From positions 1-64,000 of the IMG/VR virus record IMGVR_UViG_3300020050_014713: a DNA stretch of 64,000 nucleotides; one strand, 5' to 3'. Each line of letters starts with the position of its first letter. Position 1 is the stretch's first letter. Below, one piece after another: positions 26,180 through 34,458 of the stretch. A program made the position numbers and the translations under genes. The notes under the pieces are model-generated. The model did no database searches. It saw nothing but the letters and a program-made list of their open reading frames with translations, and was not told the DNA's origin. Source of the stretch: a virus. Taxonomy: Duplodnaviria; Caudoviricetes.

Positions 26180-26484
26180 AGTTTGCCTGTCCTATCTTCG
26201 GCAGCTTTTACAGCTCGGTTGAAGGTTTCTTCTGTAATTGGTTCCGGTACAAACACTTCTGACTTGTTAAATAAATTAAACGCAGCCATAAGCTTCTCTG
26301 CCGCGTCTTCCAAACTGACAATGCTATATTGGTCATAGTCCGGACCTTCGCCATTCCAAAACTCCTTAAACAAACAAATCTCATGTTCCCAAGGATGTTC
26401 TAGATTTTCTGTTGGAGCAGACCAAGTTGTAATTGCCAGATTTTTGTTATTGCAAAATTCCAGCAGCTCCTGTAGTTTACTCAT
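26176..26484 (-). CDS. hypothetical protein
   Basis: Coupled. Confidence 0.65.
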   Translation of the reverse strand: MSKLQELLEFCNNKNLAITTWSAPTENLEHPWEHEICLFKEFWNGEGPDYDQYSIVSLEDAAEKLMAAFNLFNKSEVFVPEPITEETFNRAVKAAEDRTGKL

Positions 26485-26786
26485 TCTTCCTCCACTTCTA
26501 CGTCATCAGCGTATACATCTTCTACTGAAAGCCGGTTAAGTTCCTTCTCTTTGCTAACCTCAACAGGATATAGCTTATACCAATCTGTACTGTTTCTATC
26601 GTATACCCAGTTTACTAGCATATCCTCGTCATCAATTGCTTTGATAAGTTCCGCTTCGTATACGTCGTCGTAATTGTCCCCAGAAGTAGTGGCGTAGTAG
26701 TGTGCCCGGTCCTTGGCAACTTCCTCGGCGTCTATCTGGTAGAGGCTGCTTGTTTGCACTTCAATCTTAATTACTTTCTTTTTCAT
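26481..26786 (-). CDS. acidic hypothetical protein
   Basis: Coupled. Confidence 0.65.
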   Translation of the reverse strand: MKKKVIKIEVQTSSLYQIDAEEVAKDRAHYYATTSGDNYDDVYEAELIKAIDDEDMLVNWVYDRNSTDWYKLYPVEVSKEKELNRLSVEDVYADDVEVEEE

Positions 26787-26790
26787 ACAC

Positions 26791-27144
26791 CTAAATCTTA
26801 TATTTTTTTAATAGCCTACTAATGGGTAGGGATACATTGTAGTAGTATAGCTGATAAATTTTAGGAAGCAATCCTCGGTCTAGTAGGAAGCTCCTACGAT
26901 AGATTCCATTGTCACATTGAAACATTCCTTGCTGTAGGCTTATATAAGTTGCAAAGGAACCATATGTGCGAGTTTCGTTGTATTCATTGGATTGGTAGGT
27001 AGCTAGGAACTTATCCAGGTTATTATGGATATATTGATCTTCCGCGTCCCGACAGAAATCGCTTAGGTATCCAGTAAGCTGGTAGAGCTTTACCCCTAGT
27101 TTAAATCGCAGGAATTCGGTTTTATCTTCATAGATGTGTTTCAT
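26791..27144 (-). CDS. hypothetical protein
   Basis: Coupled. Confidence 0.65.
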   Translation of the reverse strand: MKHIYEDKTEFLRFKLGVKLYQLTGYLSDFCRDAEDQYIHNNLDKFLATYQSNEYNETRTYGSFATYISLQQGMFQCDNGIYRRSFLLDRGLLPKIYQLYYYNVSLPISRLLKKYKI

Positions 27145-27389
27145 TCTATATCCTCCGGCAAATTAAACTTAGCCAGGATAGATTCTACCCTATTTCTATC
27201 CGCTCCTGTTAGAGCGGTACGGAACCACAATAGTTCAGAGCGCACATTACTAAGCCTTTCTTGTAATAGGTTACGTTCTGCTGTAAGAGCATCTATTTTC
27301 TTTTGCAAATCCATCTCAGTTTGAGATTCAAAAATACGGGTTTCTCCAAGCACTTTTCCGTTACCATCAATAACCATTCTACGTTTCAT
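27141..27389 (-). CDS. coiled-coil hypothetical protein
   Basis: Coupled. Confidence 0.65.
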   Translation of the reverse strand: MKRRMVIDGNGKVLGETRIFESQTEMDLQKKIDALTAERNLLQERLSNVRSELLWFRTALTGADRNRVESILAKFNLPEDIE

Positions 27390-27742
27390 TTATTTTCCTC
27401 CTTCTCTGAAAACTGCGCGAGGGCAGCGCAGGCTATGCATTTGCAAGGGTCTGCTTTTGGAAGATTGTTATGGTGCGAGGTTATTTCTTTCAAGCACGCC
27501 CGAAACGCCTTGGCCTCCTCGCGGGCGGCGGCGAGCTGCTTCAGCGCCAATTCCTGCGGGTCAGGATTAGCATCGCACCACGGGGCCTTGTGCATTTTGA
27601 AGTGATGTTCATTCTTTTCTTTTAGCTCATCCCTTTCCTTGGTGACGGCGGCGAGCTGGGAGCGGAGGGATTCGATCTCCTTAACGGCGTCCTGCATAGG
27701 GTCTGAGTCGTCTCGATTGTTTTGAATCCTATCCATTCCCAT
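27386..27742 (-). CDS. coiled-coil protein with C-terminal CxCxAC motif; GC-rich
   Basis: Paralogous tail to 22879-23346. Confidence 0.7.
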   Translation of the reverse strand: MGMDRIQNNRDDSDPMQDAVKEIESLRSQLAAVTKERDELKEKNEHHFKMHKAPWCDANPDPQELALKQLAAAREEAKAFRACLKEITSHHNNLPKADPCKCIACAALAQFSEKEENK

Positions 27743-27983
27743 CCCCCTTCCGCTCTAGCTGGGCGATTTTGGCAAGACATTGAGATGCTTCTGATGAATA
27801 CCAGCGGGTGTTGTCATCATTTTCAAAAACCATATGTCTAAGCGTTTCAATCGCCACCTCAAGCTGTTTTTCAAGCAGGTCAATTTTAAAATTTTTTCGA
27901 TCAATTTCTTCTAATAGCGAAGAGTGCCCACTCATATTAATTCCATTGTTTGAACTATCCGGAAACTCCAGATAGTTGCCCAT
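27729..27983 (-). CDS. hypothetical protein
   Basis: Packed. Confidence 0.6.
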   Translation of the reverse strand: MGNYLEFPDSSNNGINMSGHSSLLEEIDRKNFKIDLLEKQLEVAIETLRHMVFENDDNTRWYSSEASQCLAKIAQLERKGDGNG

Positions 27984-27988
27984 ATAAA

Positions 27989-28333
27989 TTAAAGCTCTTT
28001 TAGTAGCATATCCCTAAGTTTCAAAACTTCCGGCAAATATAGAAAGTTAACGTCACCCAGCTTACCCACTAGGTACATTCCATCTTCTACTATTTGAGCA
28101 GAAACTCCACCGCCAAGTTCAAAGGTTGTAGATATTTCACACAAGGATTTGACAATGTCTTCATCGGTTGCAACAGACAATCTGCTTAGATATAGGTTTC
28201 TACATCCTGATGGAAACTTGTTTGTAAGGCATCTAACAGATGCGTATTGTCGTTCACCAAATCCACCAATCCAGTCAACCTGGTAAAGACCATCTATGTC
28301 CTTACATTTTACAATAGTTCCAATAGGTATCAC
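27989..28333 (-). CDS. SH3-like hypothetical protein
   Basis: IGTIVKCKD...SRLSVATD. Confidence 0.6.
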   Translation of the reverse strand: MIPIGTIVKCKDIDGLYQVDWIGGFGERQYASVRCLTNKFPSGCRNLYLSRLSVATDEDIVKSLCEISTTFELGGGVSAQIVEDGMYLVGKLGDVNFLYLPEVLKLRDMLLKEL

Positions 28334-28512
28334 AGCTTCTCCTTAGTCTCAGGAACCTTAAAAGGAACCCCTACCATTTTCTTATCATACTCTCGTATTT
28401 GATCAAGATACTTTTGTAGGATTGTATGGAATTTACCATCTATAGGAATATTGCTAGACCTGTCTAGTAAGTCCTTAAAATACTCACGCATTTCCTCCTG
28501 AAAAGTTTTCAA
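28330..28512 (-). CDS. hypothetical protein
   Basis: Coupled. Confidence 0.55.
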   Translation of the reverse strand: MKTFQEEMREYFKDLLDRSSNIPIDGKFHTILQKYLDQIREYDKKMVGVPFKVPETKEKL

Positions 28513-28724
28513 GGACTAACTCCAAACATGTGCTGTACAAGAGCAACGACAATTGCTCCCAAAAACGTCAAGGATGCCAACGCCATCAGTCCCCAAACTA
28601 ATATCGCAATATAACTCATAGCCTTAGTGGCAGCACTACTAGGTATTGTGCTTAGTATTTCTGCAATTCCCACCAAAATAAACATTACACCAACACCTAC
28701 TAGAAAATACCATAGAAATTCCAT
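28509..28724 (-). CDS. two-TM membrane protein
   Basis: Two hydrophobic helices. Confidence 0.65.
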   Translation of the reverse strand: MEFLWYFLVGVGVMFILVGIAEILSTIPSSAATKAMSYIAILVWGLMALASLTFLGAIVVALVQHMFGVSP

Positions 28725-28759
28725 ATTAACAATTCCTTGTTACAATGACGTTTAATTTG

Positions 28760-29047
28760 TTAGAATATATCACATTCCTCAACCGAGTACTTAGTTCCGG
28801 TAAAAGGGTCTAGTTTAGCCTTTGGGTCCAGTTGTTGCAATTTATGCAATACGCCATCTTGCTTTTCCGCATAAGCCATAAAGTGATAATCCCCTACTCG
28901 TTCCCCAACCCTTCCTAACTCATCTAATTGATTAGCCAAGGCTTCGGCATTTTCCCGGCTATAAAATACCTTATAGACAATCCATTGCTGCCGATCAGCA
29001 TATTCCCCAGTGGTACCAATAATTATATAAGCTTTAGTAGATTGCAC
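28760..29047 (-). CDS. hypothetical protein
   Basis: YII.G.TGEY.D..W...VF.S.E.A pattern. Confidence 0.65.
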   Translation of the reverse strand: MQSTKAYIIIGTTGEYADRQQWIVYKVFYSRENAEALANQLDELGRVGERVGDYHFMAYAEKQDGVLHKLQQLDPKAKLDPFTGTKYSVEECDIF

Positions 29048-29187
29048 ACAGCTCCTTTACCGTTTCATTTGCAAACTGTACCACTTTTTGGTACTTTTTG
29101 CGAACGTAATGTATTTATTTTCAGCCATTAGCTACTTCCTAGGACCATTTTACAATGCTTTGACAATGTAAAGGGCTATTATAATAG

Positions 29188-29400
29188 CTATCCTACTAAA
29201 ATAGTGCCTTTAAAGATGTAATTTACCCAAGTGTCTCGGTTGTCATAGTTGGCAATGTACAAATTTGCAACAAATTCAAGGGCTTCTACGTAGCTGCCAA
29301 AGCTTTTCCTACTGGGAGTGCAGTTTTCGGTATAGTCTACGTGCCATTTTACCTCTTTTTCTTGTACCGGGGCTTTTTGGTGCCATGCTTTTTGCGACAT
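29188..29400 (-). CDS. hypothetical protein
   Basis: ORF; overlaps the upstream peptide. Confidence 0.55.
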   Translation of the reverse strand: MSQKAWHQKAPVQEKEVKWHVDYTENCTPSRKSFGSYVEALEFVANLYIANYDNRDTWVNYIFKGTILVG

Positions 29401-29513
29401 TTTGCGTTTTCTCCCTTATTTGGCGGACAAATGGGACATTTTAAGGTCAGTTTACGTTCCGCAGCCTTGTAAGTCCTGTTATCTGTGGTGGTTTTATCTT
29501 TTTTTATGCCCAT
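29349..29513 (-). CDS. 54-aa very basic CxxC peptide (not in ORF track)
   Basis: MGIKKDKTTTDNRTYKAAERKLTLKCPICPPNKGENAKCRKKHGTKKPRYKKKR. Confidence 0.55.
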   Translation of the reverse strand: MGIKKDKTTTDNRTYKAAERKLTLKCPICPPNKGENAKCRKKHGTKKPRYKKKR

Positions 29514-29965
29514 TTTGGTTTAAGCTTGTCCATTTTCCAACGTTGTCTAAGATATAGCCTATATGCTAGGTGAACATCGGCTACAGATGTGAAATCTACA
29601 CCCTTTTCTTGGTTTCTGGCACAGTTTACAAATTCCGTTAGGGGTCCAGATGGCATTTTAAGCCTATTATAAGCCAAATGGGGCAGGTGCTTCTGACACC
29701 CGTGGGTTTTACCAGTCCTAGCCTTAAAGTCCCTAGAAAGGGCTATGGCGTGCCGTAGAAGCCACGTATAGGCACCTCTTCCCTCGCTTGCCCACTTGGT
29801 GGCTGGGTGGTTTTTATGGGAAAGTTTGTAGGGTGCTGATATTCCGTTTAGGATGCAGGCTGCAGATAGAAGCTGGCAAGTTTCTACTAGCATTTTATTA
29901 CGACGTTTTACGTCCAGGTATTTTGCAGATTTAACCGGGCAAGGATAGGTTGCAAATACATTCAT
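29504..29965 (-). CDS. pyrimidine-dimer DNA glycosylase, DenV/endonuclease V-like
   Basis: MNVF...KM.VE.CQLLS, YKLSHKNHP..KW. Confidence 0.8.
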   Translation of the reverse strand: MNVFATYPCPVKSAKYLDVKRRNKMLVETCQLLSAACILNGISAPYKLSHKNHPATKWASEGRGAYTWLLRHAIALSRDFKARTGKTHGCQKHLPHLAYNRLKMPSGPLTEFVNCARNQEKGVDFTSVADVHLAYRLYLRQRWKMDKLKPKWA

Positions 29966-29966
29966 T

Positions 29967-30110
29967 CTAGTCCCTAGGTTCTTTTGGCTTTGTAAGGTAA
30001 AATACCCAACTGCCAATTAGGTAGAATATAGCACAAAATAGAAAGAACGCTAGATATAGTTCTAGTGGGTGTGTAAGAAAATACTCTAGCAGTGCCTGTT
30101 TAAGTGTCAT
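29967..30110 (-). CDS. 47-aa single-TM protein (not in ORF track)
   Basis: MTLKQALLEYFLTHPLELYLAFFLFCAIFYLIGSWVFYLTKPKEPRD. Confidence 0.55.
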   Translation of the reverse strand: MTLKQALLEYFLTHPLELYLAFFLFCAIFYLIGSWVFYLTKPKEPRD

Positions 30111-30159
30111 AGATGCCCATATACGGACAAAAACATGGTTAATTGCTCATATATGGACA

Positions 30160-30468
30160 CTATTCTGATACCAGTCCTGGCATGGGAGCATTTAAAGCCT
30201 CTATTAGGCGTTTTAAAGCTCTTTCAGCCTGGGCGCGTGTCTGGTAGCAATTTCCTATGGTCATGCGCCCCATCGCACTATCAAAGCCATCCATAACGGC
30301 TATATCCGCTGTAACAAATGCGTGAGCGTCTAGGATGATATAGTAGTATAGCTCGCCAGGAGCAGGAACCCAAAGCACGCTATTCGCCGGGCTGAGTTTC
30401 TGGGTCTTCGTTTTCGGTAATAAACTCTGCAAAAGGTTCTTCTTTGACAATTTCAATTTCCCCGTCAA
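30160..30468 (-). CDS. hypothetical protein
   Basis: P..GELYYYI...GNCY.TR..A pattern; start uncertain. Confidence 0.6.
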   Translation of the reverse strand: MTGKLKLSKKNLLQSLLPKTKTQKLSPANSVLWVPAPGELYYYIILDAHAFVTADIAVMDGFDSAMGRMTIGNCYQTRAQAERALKRLIEALNAPMPGLVSE

Positions 30469-30604
30469 AACAATAGCCTGAACCTCGTAGAAAGTCTTGG
30501 AAGTCTGTTAGCACTTCTGGCAGGGTGACAGCATGTGACTGCATTTCTAGGTCTGCAGTGTCATACTGGTTGTTGGGGTCTTTTAGCTTTTTAAAAACAA
30601 ACAT
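30380..30604 (-). CDS. hypothetical protein
   Basis: TL.EVL..F.DFLRG.GY.F pattern. Confidence 0.65.
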   Translation of the reverse strand: MFVFKKLKDPNNQYDTADLEMQSHAVTLPEVLTDFQDFLRGSGYCFDGEIEIVKEEPFAEFITENEDPETQPGE

Positions 30605-30624
30605 AAATCTCCTTTAGATATGGG

Positions 30625-30972
30625 TTATTTCTTAGTTCCTAAATATAAATCAACATGTAAGTTATTTTCAACAGTCTTGGGTTTATCTTCTTTTGAAATT
30701 TTAAGCATAGAAAACAACTCTTTATAATTACTAAGTTCTTGTTTAACACTATCGTAATCCGGTGCTACTGTTTTTCTCAGTTCTGCTAAAAAATTAAGAA
30801 GCGGTTGAACATCGTTTCTTAGGTCAAACGGTTCGTCCATTGAGATATACATACGATATCCCATTGTTTCAACCTTTGCTACCAAGTCAAATTGAAGCTT
30901 GGAATTAGGTTTAAAAATGTACTCTCCAGAATTTCTTAGAGTATTAACTAGAGTCGCATAATTTTTACTCAT
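30625..30972 (-). CDS. hypothetical protein
   Basis: Coupled. Confidence 0.65.
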   Translation of the reverse strand: MSKNYATLVNTLRNSGEYIFKPNSKLQFDLVAKVETMGYRMYISMDEPFDLRNDVQPLLNFLAELRKTVAPDYDSVKQELSNYKELFSMLKISKEDKPKTVENNLHVDLYLGTKK

Positions 30973-31768
30973 TTAACTTCTCAATTGGTTTAATATCTAC
31001 GTCAATTCCTTCAGCAGCCATAGTTTCGGTCTTATCGCTAGTAGTCCAGAATACTAAAAGATTCCTAACTCCGCTTTCTACCTGTGCCCCACGGTGTAAG
31101 GACATACTCCCACTAAATAGTAGCACATGTCCTTTTGGAATGGAAGCTATGTGCTCGTAAGAAAAAATTGAGGTTCTAATATCCGTTCCGCCGCCTGTAT
31201 ATAATTCAGGGGCTAGGTTCACTACTGCAGTCATATCGCTGTAAATATCGTTGTGCCATGTAGTTTCAGCTTTCTTATTACTATACTGAGCAAACTGAAT
31301 GGTTTCTACCCGGTCTGGATACTTACACCACATTAAACCAAACAGAGGAAATAGAGCATATTGGGCAAATTCGAATAAACTAATAAATAGTTCATAATCT
31401 CTAATTTTTGTTACAAACTCAGGAATTTGGTAGTTTTCATGCTCCTTAGGATTCACCGCCATTTGCTTGTCTTGTAGGTACGCAGTAAACAGGTCGCAAA
31501 TAGTTGGGTTTAGTAGTGGGATAGATATTGCTTGTCCGTTGGCATAGATACAATTTCCGTAAAACCAATGAACAGCTTTCTGTTGATTATAAGATAGTTT
31601 ATTAATATCTAGAACGTCAGCATGGTAGGATTCTAGCATTGGATTACAGATATCAATGATATCGTCAATATAGACATTAAGCTCTGGATGAATCCATTCT
31701 CTGGAGAAGGTAGCTAGGTGCGGAAGCCCCTTGTCTTGTAGGAATTGTTTAAAGGATTTACTTTCCAT
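30965..31768 (-). CDS. 2OG-Fe(II) oxygenase
   Basis: HxD (WHND), GGGT, distal H (HRG), R..LV.W. Confidence 0.85.
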   Translation of the reverse strand: MESKSFKQFLQDKGLPHLATFSREWIHPELNVYIDDIIDICNPMLESYHADVLDINKLSYNQQKAVHWFYGNCIYANGQAISIPLLNPTICDLFTAYLQDKQMAVNPKEHENYQIPEFVTKIRDYELFISLFEFAQYALFPLFGLMWCKYPDRVETIQFAQYSNKKAETTWHNDIYSDMTAVVNLAPELYTGGGTDIRTSIFSYEHIASIPKGHVLLFSGSMSLHRGAQVESGVRNLLVFWTTSDKTETMAAEGIDVDIKPIEKLNE

Positions 31769-31937
31769 TTAATTTCTTATTCCACTGCGCTTTTCGATAT
31801 TGATTTAAATCTTCTTCAATTTGCTTATGTCGTTCTTCAGCTTCTTTACTAAACCGTATTATTTCTCGTTTAGAATCCTTAATTAAAAAATTTCGTCCAA
31901 TAATTAAAAGCACTAGTAATACTAGTAAACCAATCAT
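31758..31937 (-). CDS. 59-aa N-anchored membrane protein (not in ORF track)
   Basis: MIGLLVLLVLLIIGRNF...; fills the gap. Confidence 0.6.
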   Translation of the reverse strand: MIGLLVLLVLLIIGRNFLIKDSKREIIRFSKEAEERHKQIEEDLNQYRKAQWNKKLNGK

Positions 31938-32563
31938 TCACTTGCCTTATTTTTATAGTTCACAATCCAGCTTTCTACTTGACCAATGGATACTGGGCGG
32001 TATGAATTCCCCACTACCCCAATGTCCCACTGTTTATCTTGCTTAACCATTTTACCGTTTATGTTTTGTGAATGGAGGTGCCCGTGTAGAGCGAAGGAAT
32101 TTCTATTGTCTAGAGAATATTGCCTATGTCTAGATTCCCCATGCCAGTTCTCTCCAGGAACATGATTGCGCATTCCAGTAGTATCTTCCCTTGGAATGCC
32201 GCGCAGCGGACAATGAGAGAGTGTTACTTCCTCGCCAGCAATGTAAATGCTGGCACTATTCAATACAACATCAAATCCAATGTTGTACATAGCATTCATG
32301 CCTTTGTCATGGTTCCCTAAGATAAGCACCTTATGCCCATTTAAAGCTGCTGCAATCTTCTTAAGAGATTCTCTGCTGCCCATTCCAAAGTCCCCGAGAA
32401 AATAGCATACGCCATTAGCAGGAACACATGCATTGTAATTTCTTATTAAAACTTCACGCATGTGGTCCACATCGCGGAATGGACGTTGATCAAACACTAT
32501 GCTGTTAGCATGGTTGTAGTGGGTATCTGATGTGAAGAATATGGGTTTACGTTCGTTAGCCAT
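31934..32563 (-). CDS. calcineurin-like metallophosphoesterase
   Basis: FTSDTH, LGDF, GNHD, SH, HGHLH. Confidence 0.9.
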   Translation of the reverse strand: MANERKPIFFTSDTHYNHANSIVFDQRPFRDVDHMREVLIRNYNACVPANGVCYFLGDFGMGSRESLKKIAAALNGHKVLILGNHDKGMNAMYNIGFDVVLNSASIYIAGEEVTLSHCPLRGIPREDTTGMRNHVPGENWHGESRHRQYSLDNRNSFALHGHLHSQNINGKMVKQDKQWDIGVVGNSYRPVSIGQVESWIVNYKNKASE

Positions 32564-32856
32564 TAGCTTTGTTGGTTGATGTAACTGGCAATGTGAGAGG
32601 CACTGCCGAACACAAAGAGTGTTTCGATATAATCTTCATCGTCAATCGCGGACAATGGATATACCTTAGTGCTGAGTTTAATTTTTGTGTAGACTTTACC
32701 TTCTGAGTCGATGCCTTCTAGTAGGTATTCAATGTCATTGCGGTTCACGGCTACGTTAGTAGCTTTAGTAGTGAGGATGGTTTTACCAGTATTAGGATTT
32801 GTGGCAAAAGAATTGGTTGAAAATACAATAAACATATTATTCCTCACAGGTTTCAT
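32563..32856 (-). CDS. hypothetical protein
   Basis: Coupled. Confidence 0.6.
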   Translation of the reverse strand: MKPVRNNMFIVFSTNSFATNPNTGKTILTTKATNVAVNRNDIEYLLEGIDSEGKVYTKIKLSTKVYPLSAIDDEDYIETLFVFGSASHIASYINQQS

Positions 32857-33091
32857 TATAGATAATGTAGCTTTCTACGTTATAGTCTCGAATACCGTTA
32901 TTGCAAGTTACGTCAAAAGTATCGTCAGTAGTTTTGTATTTAGTTTGCTTCAATACTCGTACCCCACCATTGCAAAAACAAAAGGCTTCAGCCCTAAGCA
33001 TAGCTTCTGCACGTTCAGCAGCGTGGTTTTTAAATAGCGCTCCGCAAGAAACTAGTAAGAAACTAAGGCAAATAATCTTGATCATTTTCAT
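32837..33091 (-). CDS. small Cys-rich lipoprotein
   Basis: Lipobox LVSC after MKMIKIICLSFL. Confidence 0.7.
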   Translation of the reverse strand: MKMIKIICLSFLLVSCGALFKNHAAERAEAMLRAEAFCFCNGGVRVLKQTKYKTTDDTFDVTCNNGIRDYNVESYIIYNETCEE

Positions 33092-33350
33092 CCCCAGATT
33101 TATATTGGTACTGCAGTTGTTCTAGGCTAATTCGTTTATCATCTTTATCTAACAAAATAAATTTACCATCTCGCATATCAATTCTAAGTGAAATGTACTT
33201 ACATCTACTGTTATAAATCCAACCCCAAGATTTATTTAAGCTAAACATTCCACCTTCAGTAGCTTTTTTAATAAAGGAAATAACTTCCTCTAGGTTAGTA
33301 TCCCAGATATTTTCTTTTTGTTTTAGTTCTAAAATTTTGTCTCGTTTCAT
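33063..33350 (-). CDS. hypothetical protein
   Basis: Coupled. Confidence 0.65.
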   Translation of the reverse strand: MKRDKILELKQKENIWDTNLEEVISFIKKATEGGMFSLNKSWGWIYNSRCKYISLRIDMRDGKFILLDKDDKRISLEQLQYQYKSGDENDQDYLP

Positions 33351-33703
33351 TTAATTTCCTGTTTGCAGTCTGGACAATATTTAAAAACTACAGCGTTAGT
33401 ACCCATGCCTACGTAACTATTTCGAGCATTGGTGTGCCAGCATTTGGGATTGGAGGTAGCTTTCATGCCTTGAAGAATTTGATTTTCCAAAGGTTCCATT
33501 TTAGCTAGATATTCTCTAATGTAAGTATCAGTTGCAACTAACACAAACCTACTACAGTCAAACATAGAACCACCTGTATTTTTTAGTATAACTTGCTCAC
33601 CTTTTGCAAATGTACTTTCTACAATATATGATTTTCCAACCTGTAGTATTTTTTCTACGTCAGTATTGTCAATGCATTTAACAATATCGCCTTTAGTAAA
33701 CAT
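33347..33703 (-). CDS. SH3-like protein with C-terminal zinc ribbon
   Basis: KGDIVKCID; CWH...YCPDCK; AGGAG RBS. Confidence 0.65.
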   Translation of the reverse strand: MFTKGDIVKCIDNTDVEKILQVGKSYIVESTFAKGEQVILKNTGGSMFDCSRFVLVATDTYIREYLAKMEPLENQILQGMKATSNPKCWHTNARNSYVGMGTNAVVFKYCPDCKQEIK

Positions 33704-33716
33704 AGTACTCCTAAGA

Positions 33717-33917
33717 TGGGATAGGTAGGACGCTACTCCTACTTACTGTGAAACTCTGCGCCCTTATTTTGCGTCGCGCGGTCCGACTGGTTGGACGACC
33801 GTTCACAGCTACGGTATCCAATATATTTTCCACAGATTCATTTCTTTTGCGTGTCTCCAGTGCTGACTCGAACGGTGTTGCCACCTCGCCAGACACAGCT
33901 TTCCACGCCGCTATCCC
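33717..33917 (-). ncRNA. 201-nt tRNA-like structured RNA
   Basis: GGGATAG/CTATCCC-A terminal stem, D-like stem GCGTG/CACGC, 8-bp anticodon-like stem, T-like arm GTAGG-AGTAGCGT-CCTAC; starts at the predicted +1 of a consensus promoter. Confidence 0.8.
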
Positions 33918-33923
33918 AAAACT

Positions 33924-33952
33924 AGAATACGTTTTTACTCAAAAAATGTCAA
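33924..33952 (-). promoter_or_regulatory. strong sigma70 promoter of the tRNA-like RNA
   Basis: TTGACA-N17-TATTCT, 6 nt upstream of G33917. Confidence 0.8.
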
Positions 33953-33962
33953 TAGACTGTGG

Positions 33963-34157
33963 CTATTTTATAACTTTTACTTGTTCAATTGGAACTGCGC
34001 AAATATATCCAGTATCTAGCTGCACTATTGCGTAAAAATAATTGGTTGCATATCGATTGACATTTGGAATGATATCCATTAGAATGCCATCAACTTCTTT
34101 CATTTCATAATGTTCTGCACAAATTTCTGCTTTTACAATTTGACCGTATTTACTCAT
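33963..34157 (-). CDS. small SH3-like protein
   Basis: YAIVQLDTG..CAVP.EQVK. Confidence 0.6.
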   Translation of the reverse strand: MSKYGQIVKAEICAEHYEMKEVDGILMDIIPNVNRYATNYFYAIVQLDTGYICAVPIEQVKVIK

Positions 34158-34458
34158 AATCTACTACCTCTTCCAATATTTCTATGTCTACGCCCGGTTC
34201 TAGATTGTCGCTAGGTCCCATTCCACCGTCTATATTAATCATCCATGCATAATGTCTTGTTCCCATTGATGCATAACTAGGCTTCAATCCATCATTATAT
34301 ACGGTCTTAACTTCGTCTTTTAGTCCATGTAGAACATTGTAAGAACCGTAAACATCTCTAAGAAACTTAACTCTATAATAGCCCTTCTTTAAGGGCTTAA
34401 CTTTTCTCCCATCTTCCAAGATAATGATAAAGTTATTAAACTTCTCCTTTTTACTCAC
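34150..34458 (-). CDS. hypothetical protein
   Basis: Coupled. Confidence 0.6.
   Translation of the reverse strand: MSKKEKFNNFIIILEDGRKVKPLKKGYYRVKFLRDVYGSYNVLHGLKDEVKTVYNDGLKPSYASMGTRHYAWMINIDGGMGPSDNLEPGVDIEILEEVVDYE

Noticed and set aside
29160-29185. Plus-strand TTGACA...TATAAT
   Set aside because: 14-bp spacer is too short.
33711-33896. 61-aa ORF in the ORF track
   Set aside because: It lies inside the tRNA-like RNA, has no RBS, and the region's GC content is explained by base-pairing.
33717-33917. Calling the RNA a tmRNA or a tRNA gene
   Set aside because: Lacks G3-U70, a TTC T-loop, a normal anticodon loop and a convincing tag ORF; kept as tRNA-like only.
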